Origin: a virus
Taxonomy: Duplodnaviria > Caudoviricetes
IMG/VR virus record: IMGVR_UViG_3300012890_000088
Coordinates: 1-41,973 of that record
DNA length: 41,973 nucleotides
Strand: one strand, 5' to 3'
Shown here piece after piece: positions 16,863 to 24,547 of this stretch. How positions within the stretch are numbered: position 1 is the stretch's first letter; every line of letters starts with the position of its first letter. The notes beneath the pieces are model-generated. The model did not search any database. It was not told the DNA's origin and was given only the letters and a program-made list of their open reading frames with translations. A program made the position numbers and the translations under genes.

Positions 16863-17486
16863 ATGCAGAATCGCGCCTACAGCGTCTTGGCAATCAAGGC
16901 GGTCAACGATGACGCGCGCACCGTGGAGGGCATCGCGACCACTCCGACCGTGGACAGGGTCGGCGACATCATCGAGCCGCTCGGCGTGAAGTTCACCAAC
17001 CCCCTGCCGTTCCTGTGGCAACATCGACATGACCAGCCGATCGGGACGTGTGAGTTCGGCCAGCCCACCGCCAACGGCATCCCGTTCAAGGCGACGGTGG
17101 CGAAGTGCGACGAACCTGGCACGCTGAAGGACCTGCTCGACCACGCATGGCAGTCGATCAAGCTCGGCTTGGTGCGCGCGACCAGCATCGGCTTCCGGCC
17201 GATCGAGTACAGCTACATGGAGGCAGGCGGCATCCGCTATTCCGAGACCGAGGTGTTCGAGCTTTCTGCGGTCACCATCCCCGCGAACGCCGACGCCATC
17301 ATGACCGCGATCAAGTCGGTCGACGCCGGGTTGCGACAGGCAGCCGGCGTTCCTGAACCCGAGATCCCTGCAAACCCGGAACCTGCCGCGACTGGCAAGT
17401 CGGTTCGAGTGGTGAAGCTGGATGACCCCGCCCGCGATCGGGCCAAGCCATTCGTCATCAACACCATTCGAAGGAACGTGAAGTGA
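16863..17486 (+). CDS. HK97-family prohead protease
   Basis: DRVGDII, LWQH...PIG, SIGF and ELSAVTIPAN motifs. Confidence 0.95.
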   Translation: MQNRAYSVLAIKAVNDDARTVEGIATTPTVDRVGDIIEPLGVKFTNPLPFLWQHRHDQPIGTCEFGQPTANGIPFKATVAKCDEPGTLKDLLDHAWQSIKLGLVRATSIGFRPIEYSYMEAGGIRYSETEVFELSAVTIPANADAIMTAIKSVDAGLRQAAGVPEPEIPANPEPAATGKSVRVVKLDDPARDRAKPFVINTIRRNVK

Positions 17487-18871
17487 GCAAATTCGCTGAA
17501 CAGATTACGGCCTACGAGGCCAAGCGCGCCTCGACCGTGAGCGCCATGGAGACCATCATGGCCAAGGCAGCATCCGAGGGCGCGACCCTGGACGCTGCGC
17601 AGTCCGAAGAATACGACGGCCACGCCGCCGACATCGAAGCGATCGACAAGCACCTCGAACGCCTGCGGGTTGCCGAGCGCACGACTGCCAAGTCGGCCAA
17701 GCCGATCGAGGACGTCCGCGACCCGAACAAAGCATCGGATCAGCGCGGCGGCCACATCCAGGTCAAGACGCAGCCGAAGCTCGCGCCCGGCATTGCCTTC
17801 GCGCGCTATGCCAAGGCTCGCGCGGTGTCGCGGCTCGACTCCGAACCCGTCCTCGCCGTCGCCGAGCGCATGTATGGTGCCGACAGCGATGTCGTCGGCA
17901 CGGTCAAGGCGGCGGTCGCAGCCGGTTCGAACCAGCCCGGCAGCTGGGCCGCAGCGCTCCACAGTCCCGAAGGCGCGGCGTTCGTCGACTTCGCCGAGTT
18001 CCTCCGCCCTGCGACCATCCTCGGCAAGTTCGGCCAGAACGGCATTCCCGAGCTGCGCAAGATCGGCTTCGACGAGCCCGTCATCCTCCAGACCGGCGGT
18101 GGCCAGGGCTACTGGGTCGGCGAAGGCAAGCCCAAGCCGCTGACCTCGTTCAACTTCGAGCGCAGCACGCTTGGCCGCCTCAAGGTCGCCAACATTGCCG
18201 TGCTGACGGAGGAGAATGTTCGCAGCTCGAACCCGAGCTCGGAGGCGATCGTCCGCGACGCACTGAAGGCCGCGCTGGTCGAAACGCAGGATCTGGCGTT
18301 CATCGACCCGACCAATGCTGGTGCTGCGACCGTGCGGCCGGCTTCGGTGACCAACGGCGCCACTGCCGTTGCGTCGACGGGTCGCGATGCGGACGCGGTT
18401 CGCGCCGATGCGCGGGCGGCTGTTGCCAACTTCATCGCGGCGAGCAACTCGCTGACCACCGGCGTGTGGATCATGTCGGCTACCAACGCCCTTGGTTTGT
18501 CGATGATGATGAACGCGCTCGGCCAGAAGGAGTTCGCGGGCATGACCATGCTCGGCGGCACCTTCGAAGGTCTGCCGGTGATCGTGTCGGAATATGCCGG
18601 CACGACGGTCGCGCTGGTCAACGCTTCGGACATCTACGAGGCGGACGAAGGCGACATCGCCGTCGACATGAGCCGCGAAGCATCGCTTGAGATGAAGGAC
18701 GGCGGCCTAGCGCAGGACGGCCTCGCCGGCACGGGCACCTCGCTTGTGTCGCTCTGGCAGAACAACCTCGTCGGCCTGCGCGCCGAGCGCACGATCAACT
18801 GGCGCCGTCGTCGTGCGTCGGCAGTGGCTTACGTCACCGGCGTCCGCTGGGGCGAGCCGGTCACGCCGTAA
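17483..18871 (+). CDS. Major capsid protein (HK97 fold, N-terminal delta domain)
   Basis: Coiled-coil N-terminus, WVGEGKPKP, GLPVIVS and SLWQNNLVGLRAER. Confidence 0.95.
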   Translation: MSKFAEQITAYEAKRASTVSAMETIMAKAASEGATLDAAQSEEYDGHAADIEAIDKHLERLRVAERTTAKSAKPIEDVRDPNKASDQRGGHIQVKTQPKLAPGIAFARYAKARAVSRLDSEPVLAVAERMYGADSDVVGTVKAAVAAGSNQPGSWAAALHSPEGAAFVDFAEFLRPATILGKFGQNGIPELRKIGFDEPVILQTGGGQGYWVGEGKPKPLTSFNFERSTLGRLKVANIAVLTEENVRSSNPSSEAIVRDALKAALVETQDLAFIDPTNAGAATVRPASVTNGATAVASTGRDADAVRADARAAVANFIAASNSLTTGVWIMSATNALGLSMMMNALGQKEFAGMTMLGGTFEGLPVIVSEYAGTTVALVNASDIYEADEGDIAVDMSREASLEMKDGGLAQDGLAGTGTSLVSLWQNNLVGLRAERTINWRRRRASAVAYVTGVRWGEPVTP

Positions 18872-18893
18872 TCCACGGTTGATCGAACAGGAT

Positions 18894-18926
18894 GGGCGGG
18901 CCGTCATCGCGGTCCGCCCCTTCGTT
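18894..18926 (+). terminator. Hairpin / weak terminator after the capsid gene
   Basis: GGGCGGGCCG-tcatcg-CGGTCCGCCC followed by cttcgtt. Confidence 0.55.
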
Positions 18927-18939
18927 GCAGGAGACACCA

Positions 18940-19206
18940 ATGCCCGATCTGATCGCAACCCGCGACATGCGGTACGCCACCCGCGCGCTCTCCGCCGGCG
19001 AGCCGTTTCAGGCAAACAACCGCGACGCCCGCCTACTGGTGGCGCTGAAGCGCGCGACCCTCGCCCCCGCCGACGCGCAGGCTGAACCCGCCGCACCGTC
19101 TATCGAGGAGCTGCGCGACCAAGCAGCCAAGCTCGGCATCAGCGTTCACGTACGTTGGGGTGAGAAGCGCCTACAGGACGAGATCGCGAAGGCCCAGGCG
19201 GGCTGA
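18940..19206 (+). CDS. Small head-associated hypothetical protein
   Basis: AGGAG RBS; C-terminal LR.QA.KLGI.V..RWG.KRL..EI helical motif. Confidence 0.75.
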   Translation: MPDLIATRDMRYATRALSAGEPFQANNRDARLLVALKRATLAPADAQAEPAAPSIEELRDQAAKLGISVHVRWGEKRLQDEIAKAQAG

Positions 19207-20576
19207 TGCGCCTGTTCGGCCTCACGATCGGCCGGAACCCGGACGTCGCCGAGAAGGCGATCCACCGGTTGACGGAGCCAAGCGGCACATGGCTTCCCAT
19301 CGTACGGGAGAGCTATGCCGGCGCATGGCAGCAGAACGTCGAGGTCGATGCGACCGCCGTGCTGGCGCATCACGCCATCTTTGCCTGTATGACGCTGATC
19401 GCGTCGGATATCTCAAAGCTGCGGGTCAAGCTCGTCGCGTCGAGCAGCCTCGGCATCTGGTCTGAAGTCACAAACGCCGCCTATTCGCCGGTGCTGCGCA
19501 AGCCGAACCCTTACCAGACCCGAATCCAGTTCTTCGAGTCGTGGATGCTGTCGAAGCTCAGCCGTGGCAATACCTACATCCTGAAGCGCCGTGACGCGCG
19601 CAACGTGGTCACCGGCCTCTACGTGCTGGACCCAAACCGGGTGCGGCCGATGGTCGCCGATGACGGAAGCGTCTTCTACGAGCTGCAGCAGGACCACCTC
19701 TCAGGGGTCGACGGGCCGTTGCTCGTGCCCGCTCGCGAGATCATCCACGATCGTTTCAACTGCCTGTTTCACCCGCTCGTGGGTCTTTCGCCGATCTACG
19801 CCGCAGGGCTCGCAGCGACGCAGGGCCTGCGGATTCAGGACACGTCGGCTGTCTTGTTCGGCAATCAGGGCCGGCCTGGAGGGCTGATCACCGGCCCGGG
19901 CAAGATCAGCCAAGAGTCTGCCGACGAGCTGAAATCCAAGTGGTACGAATATTATGGCGGCAAGAACTCGGGCAAGGTCGCCGTGCTCGGCGATGGCCTG
20001 AAGTATGACGCCATGGCCGTTACCGCGGCAGAGTCACAGCTGATCGACCAGCTCAAGTGGACCGCCGAGATCGTCTGCTCAACCTTCCACGTCCCGCCTT
20101 ACAAGCTCGGGATCGGAAGCCTGCCGACGAACAGCAACGTCGAGAGCCTCAACCTCGAATATTACACCCAAGCGCTGCAATCGCTGATCGAAGCCGCCGA
20201 GCTGTGCCTCGATGAGGGGCTTGGGATCGGCGAGAGTGTCGGCATTGGCACGGAGTTCGACCTCGACGGCCTGTTGCGAATGGACACGAAGGCCTTGATC
20301 GAGGCGGAGGCGATCGGGACGAAGTCGGGCATCAAGAAGATCGACGAAGCCCGGGCCCGGCTCAACCTCGGCCCGGTCGAGGGTGGCGACACACCATACC
20401 TGCAGCAGCAGAACTATAGCTTGGCGGCCCTTGCCCGCCGCGACGCGCAGGACGATCCATTCGCAGCCGGCGTTGCGGCCAGCCCGCCAGCACCCGACCC
20501 GGTAGCCGAGGCTGAGCAGGCACGCGCGCTTGCTGCCTTGTTCGAGAAAGATCTGCGGGAGGCGCTGCATGCTTGA
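19206..20576 (+). CDS. Portal protein (HK97 family)
   Basis: PNPYQT..QF...GNTY, EIIHDR, GLSPI, FHVPPYKLG and EARARLNL.P.EGGD motifs. Confidence 0.95.
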   Translation: MRLFGLTIGRNPDVAEKAIHRLTEPSGTWLPIVRESYAGAWQQNVEVDATAVLAHHAIFACMTLIASDISKLRVKLVASSSLGIWSEVTNAAYSPVLRKPNPYQTRIQFFESWMLSKLSRGNTYILKRRDARNVVTGLYVLDPNRVRPMVADDGSVFYELQQDHLSGVDGPLLVPAREIIHDRFNCLFHPLVGLSPIYAAGLAATQGLRIQDTSAVLFGNQGRPGGLITGPGKISQESADELKSKWYEYYGGKNSGKVAVLGDGLKYDAMAVTAAESQLIDQLKWTAEIVCSTFHVPPYKLGIGSLPTNSNVESLNLEYYTQALQSLIEAAELCLDEGLGIGESVGIGTEFDLDGLLRMDTKALIEAEAIGTKSGIKKIDEARARLNLGPVEGGDTPYLQQQNYSLAALARRDAQDDPFAAGVAASPPAPDPVAEAEQARALAALFEKDLREALHA

Positions 20577-21558
20577 TACCAAGGCGCTGGCGCAGGCGAC
20601 CGCCCTTATCGTGCGAGAAGCTGTCAGTGCCGCCACCGCACCGCTCCTCGAACGCATGGCCCAGCTCGAGGCTCGCTCGGCCGGGTTCGACGACGGCACT
20701 ATCCGCCAATTGATCGATGCGGCTGTCGCCGCCATTCCGGCACCGCAGGATGGCAAGAGCGTTACCATTGCCGACGTCGAGCCGATCATTGCAGCGTCTG
20801 TGGAGAGGGCTGTCGGCGCCCTGCCCCCGGCGAAAGATGTGATGAGCATCACCGTAGCGGACATCGAGCCGCTGATCGCCGATCATATCGAGTGCGCGAT
20901 CGCTGCCCTACCGCCAGTCGACATCACCGACGTCGTCGAGTCCGCTGTGCGCTCCGCCGTGAAGGCGCTCCCAACGCCTAGCGATGGCAAGAGCGTCACT
21001 GTCGAAGAGGTGACGCCGCTGATCGCCGAGCAGGTCGAGCGCGCCGTCGCCGCGCTGCCGCCTGCAAAGGACGGGCAGAGCGTAACAATTGCAGACGTAG
21101 AGTCCACGATCGCGACTGCCGTCGAGCGCGCAGTTGCTTCGCTTCCGCCTGCCAAGGATGGCGTCGGCCTGGCTGGCGCACTGATCGACCGCACGGGCGC
21201 GCTCGTGGTGACTTTGTCGGACGGCACGATGTGCGAGCTGGGCCAAGTCGAGGGCAACGACGGCGAGCCCGGACTTGGCTTCGACGATCTGTCGGTCGAG
21301 CAGACTGGCGAGCGCAACGTCACCTTCAAGTTTGCACGCGGGAATCAGGTTAAGAGCTTCGAACTGGCGGTGCCGGTCATCATCGACCGCGGCGTGTTCA
21401 AGGAGGGGCAGCCTTACGAGACCGGCGACGCCGTGACCTTTGGCGGGTCCCTGTGGATCGCCCAGAAGGCCACGACCGCAAAGCCCGATGGCCCAGACAC
21501 GGGCTGGAGACTGGCCGTCAAGAAAGGCCGTGATGGCCGCGAGATCGCGCGCGACTAA
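20569..21558 (+). CDS. Head-region protein with ~29-aa PPAKDGKSVT...VERAVAAL repeats
   Basis: About five repeats; C-terminal DRGVF...Y..GDAVTFGGSLW.A...WRLAVKKGRDG. Confidence 0.8.
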   Translation: MLDTKALAQATALIVREAVSAATAPLLERMAQLEARSAGFDDGTIRQLIDAAVAAIPAPQDGKSVTIADVEPIIAASVERAVGALPPAKDVMSITVADIEPLIADHIECAIAALPPVDITDVVESAVRSAVKALPTPSDGKSVTVEEVTPLIAEQVERAVAALPPAKDGQSVTIADVESTIATAVERAVASLPPAKDGVGLAGALIDRTGALVVTLSDGTMCELGQVEGNDGEPGLGFDDLSVEQTGERNVTFKFARGNQVKSFELAVPVIIDRGVFKEGQPYETGDAVTFGGSLWIAQKATTAKPDGPDTGWRLAVKKGRDGREIARD

Positions 21559-21573
21559 TTAGCATTTCCGAGT

Positions 21574-21610
21574 TCGGGGCCGGCTTCCGCCCTTTTGGCT
21601 GGCTCCGAAA
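21574..21610. terminator. Stem-loop between the head and neck genes
   Basis: TTCGGGGCCGGC...GCTGGCTCCGAA inverted repeat; no clear U-tract. Confidence 0.4.
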
Positions 21611-21633
21611 CCTACAGATGACGAGGTGCACCG

Positions 21634-21954
21634 ATGGCCGATGAGCCCGTCAAGCTTGATCAAGTGAAAAGCCATCTACGGATCGATCCGACCGAAGATA
21701 GTGACGACGCGCACCTGGCCCTGCTTGTCATTGCCGCCCGCCGGGCGATTGAGCAGCGAACCGGCCGCGCGGTCGTCGGTGAGGCTGCCGATATCGGGGA
21801 TGACGATGCCATGGTGGTAGCGATGTCTGTCCTGATGCTCGTTGGCGCCTGGTATGCCAATCGTGAGGCCGTGGTGGTTGGCAGCGCGGCGCCCGCCGAG
21901 TTGCCGCTCGCCGTCGAGTGGCTAATCGCTCCTCTCCGCCGGTTTACCTGCTGA
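21634..21954 (+). CDS. Head-tail connector (gp6-like)
   Basis: VKSHLRID...DD...AAR..IE..TGR and WYANRE motifs. Confidence 0.9.
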   Translation: MADEPVKLDQVKSHLRIDPTEDSDDAHLALLVIAARRAIEQRTGRAVVGEAADIGDDDAMVVAMSVLMLVGAWYANREAVVVGSAAPAELPLAVEWLIAPLRRFTC

Positions 21955-22301
21955 TGCCCATCGCAGCCGGCTCACTCAACAAGCGCGTCCGCATCGAAGT
22001 CCCGGACATGATCGACAATGATCGCGGCGGCCGCAAGCCGAACCCAGCCACCGGGGGCTGGAAGGAGGTGGCGACCGTCTGGGCCGAGGTCATCGCCCTC
22101 CGCGGCGAGGAGGCGACCCGCAACAGCGTCGAGCGCTCAGTGCAACTGTGGAAGGTCACGATCCGGATGCGCCGCGACGTCACGACTGCCTGCCGTTTGG
22201 TCTGGGACAAGATGGGGATCCATATGGACATCAAGTCTGCCGCGCCGAACGCTGAAGGCGACGGTCTGCTGATGACCTGCGAGAGCGGAGCGCGCGCCTG
22301 A
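21954..22301 (+). CDS. Head closure / head-tail adaptor
   Basis: AGSLNKRVRI...W..VATVWAEV..LRG.E...VTIR.R.DV. Confidence 0.88.
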   Translation: MPIAAGSLNKRVRIEVPDMIDNDRGGRKPNPATGGWKEVATVWAEVIALRGEEATRNSVERSVQLWKVTIRMRRDVTTACRLVWDKMGIHMDIKSAAPNAEGDGLLMTCESGARA

Positions 22302-22813
22302 TGGCCAGATCCCGCCTCCGTGGCGCTGGGCGGTTCCGCCGGACGCTGAAGGCTCTTCCCGCCGCAATCTCGGGCGAGATCGTCGTCGAGCTGAATGTCA
22401 CCGGCCGCGAAGTCCGTTCTCTGATGCAGGCCAAGGCCCCGAAGAAGACGGGTAAGCTGGCCGCCGGCATTACCTATCGCGTGCTGCCCAAGTCGCTGCG
22501 GATGCAGGTCGGCCTGATCGGCTCGCAGAAGCAGCGCAATGACCTTTTCTACGGCCGCATCCAAGACCTCGGCCGCAAGGCGCAGGTCGTCCGCGTGTTG
22601 CGGCGCCACGGCACGTTCACGCACAGCTTCAACCCGAACGGCACCCGCAAGAAGACGCTGGCGTCGACCTATGTGCTGCGCGTTGCTGCCATGGCGCCCA
22701 AGCGGTTCATCACCGGCCGCTATACGGACATGCGCGCGTCGCTCAATGCCAATTTGCGCGGGATCTGGACGCGGGCGCTGAGCGTAGCGGCAGCAGGAGG
22801 CAGCGATGAGTAG
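22301..22813 (+). CDS. HK97 gp10-family neck / tail protein
   Basis: APKKTGKL motif, basic composition and position. Confidence 0.8.
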   Translation: MARSRLRGAGRFRRTLKALPAAISGEIVVELNVTGREVRSLMQAKAPKKTGKLAAGITYRVLPKSLRMQVGLIGSQKQRNDLFYGRIQDLGRKAQVVRVLRRHGTFTHSFNPNGTRKKTLASTYVLRVAAMAPKRFITGRYTDMRASLNANLRGIWTRALSVAAAGGSDE

Positions 22814-23195
22814 CGCGAAGTCGATCGTCGAATTGGCCTGCTTCGACGCCCTGCGGGAGGCCGTCGTTGGCGCCACAGTTTATCAGGACGCGCCGCAGGA
22901 CGCCCCGCTGCCGGTCGTCATCCTCGGCGACATGAAGAGCTTCCGGCTCGACACCAAGGCAGCGTCGGACGATCGCCGAGTGCAGATCACGATCGTATCG
23001 CTGGTCGAAGCCGAGGAGCGCGCGCCGCTGCTCGCCATCATGGAACAGATAGAAACCGCCCTCGACGGCCAGACGCTGCTGCCGGATGGCTGGACGCTCG
23101 GCTTCCAGTTTGAAGAGGACGATGCCGTCCTCGCCGATGACGGTTCGACCTACACCGGCGTCAGCACCTTCACGGTCGTCGCACTCGCCGACTGA
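22806..23195 (+). CDS. Tail terminator / completion protein (DUF3168-like)
   Basis: VYQDAPQDAPLPVVILG motif; acidic; precedes the tail tube gene. Confidence 0.8.
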   Translation: MSSAKSIVELACFDALREAVVGATVYQDAPQDAPLPVVILGDMKSFRLDTKAASDDRRVQITIVSLVEAEERAPLLAIMEQIETALDGQTLLPDGWTLGFQFEEDDAVLADDGSTYTGVSTFTVVALAD

Positions 23196-23221
23196 CCTCG
23201 ATCGAAGTTCCAAACACCTCC

Positions 23222-23247
23222 GCCGCGCTCCGCCAGCGCGGCTTTTT
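23222..23247 (+). terminator. Intrinsic terminator upstream of the tail tube gene
   Basis: GCCGCGCT-ccgcc-AGCGCGGC-TTTTT. Confidence 0.7.
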
Positions 23248-23264
23248 CACATGGGAGAAGACGC

Positions 23265-23690
23265 ATGGCGAAGAAGCTCGGCAATGATTACCGCCTGTTC
23301 GTCCGCGCTGCGGGCGGCGCCACGTTCAGCCAACCTGCGGGCCAAGGCAATCTGACGCGCAACGGAGGCAAGAACTTCTCGTCGAACGCGACGAAGGACA
23401 CGGAGGGCTACGACACGCAGCAGCCCGGCCTGCGAACGCTGACGCTGAAGCAGGACATGGTCCCGTCGCTGCCGGACCCGACCGGCTACACACGGATGGA
23501 GACGCTCGACAAGAGCAACGCCACCGAGATGTACCAGATCCGCAAGAAGCCGTTCGCCGAGGAGGACGTGGTGTTCGAGGCCATCATGTACACCGGTCTG
23601 GACGACACCTCCTTCAACCAGGGCGAGAGCGTGAAGGTCGGCGTCACCCTGACGCTCGCCGAAGCCCCGACCGTCGATGCCCTCGCATAA
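23265..23690 (+). CDS. Major tail tube protein
   Basis: 141 aa; KLGNDYRLFV, TKD...PGLR; GGGAG RBS; position. Confidence 0.85.
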   Translation: MAKKLGNDYRLFVRAAGGATFSQPAGQGNLTRNGGKNFSSNATKDTEGYDTQQPGLRTLTLKQDMVPSLPDPTGYTRMETLDKSNATEMYQIRKKPFAEEDVVFEAIMYTGLDDTSFNQGESVKVGVTLTLAEAPTVDALA

Positions 23691-23702
23691 GGACCCTCAG
23701 AT

Positions 23703-23990
23703 ATGATCAAGATCGCAGGCAAGGACCTGGCCACCAAGCGGCCGTCCGATCTGGATGCGCAGCTGATCGCCTCAACGGGGTGCGGCGCGAAGGAGATCGA
23801 GACGCTGCTCGGCGCCGGTCCCGACCGCGCTGCTCGCGCCCTCGCGCCGTTCCTCGACAAGGATGCGCCGGCACTCAATGTGCTGGCGCAGCAGATCGCG
23901 GGCGATTCCGCCGCCATCCCGGCCATCCGTAAGCTCTATGCGGATGCACTGGCTGGACCGGCTGCGGTGGAGAAGGTGGACGCCAAGTGA
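23703..23990 (+). CDS. Hypothetical tail-region protein
   Basis: AAGGA RBS; coupled to the downstream chaperone gene. Confidence 0.7.
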   Translation: MIKIAGKDLATKRPSDLDAQLIASTGCGAKEIETLLGAGPDRAARALAPFLDKDAPALNVLAQQIAGDSAAIPAIRKLYADALAGPAAVEKVDAK

Positions 23991-24418
23991 TGGCTGACTC
24001 CACTGCACCAGTGCTGGAAGAGCGGGGCGAGCTCGCGCTCGTCCTTGCCGGCGCCACCATGGGGCTGCGTCCGACCTATGAGGCGCTGAGCGCGATCGAG
24101 GCCACGCTCGACCGCGGCCTGGTAGATCTGGCCCGCGATGCGCTCTCGGCGAAGATGAAGCTCGCCGAGGCGGCGCAGATCGCGACCGAGTGCATCCGTG
24201 CATGGGGTCGGGAGAACGATGACAAGGGCGCGGCCGGCGCCGGCGCCGACCGTGTCGCGCGCCTCATCCTTGATAGCCCCGGCGGCCTGCATGACGCGCT
24301 CAAGACCCTATCAGGCATGCTCTCGCTCGCGGTGACCGGTGGGTACACCGCGGAGGGGGAACTCAAGCCGTCGACGACGACGACCACGACGACGCCGAAA
24401 GCCCCCGTCGACGGCTGA
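23987..24418 (+). CDS. Tail assembly chaperone (GTA-gp10-like, gpG)
   Basis: RGE..L.L.G....LRPTYEALSAIE motif; position before the tape measure gene. Confidence 0.85.
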   Translation: MMADSTAPVLEERGELALVLAGATMGLRPTYEALSAIEATLDRGLVDLARDALSAKMKLAEAAQIATECIRAWGRENDDKGAAGAGADRVARLILDSPGGLHDALKTLSGMLSLAVTGGYTAEGELKPSTTTTTTTPKAPVDG

Positions 24419-24537
24419 TGGGGGCTGCGGTGGCCGCCCTCGGCTGGCGGCCGCGCGAGTTCTGGCGAAGCACCCCGGTCGAGTTCTGGACCGCAATGAA
24501 GGCATACGAGCGGATGCACCCCGCATCGGAAGAATAG
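24355..24537 (+). CDS. Tail assembly chaperone gpT portion, probably reached by -1 frameshift
   Basis: The -1 frame is open from GGGGGAA (24355-61): ...SPRRRLMGAAVAALGWRPREFWRSTPVEF; alternative ATG at 24418. Confidence 0.75.
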   Translation, partial: GGTQAVDDDDHDDAESPRRRLMGAAVAALGWRPREFWRSTPVEFWTAMKAYERMHPASEE

Positions 24538-24547
24538 GAGGCGTCGA

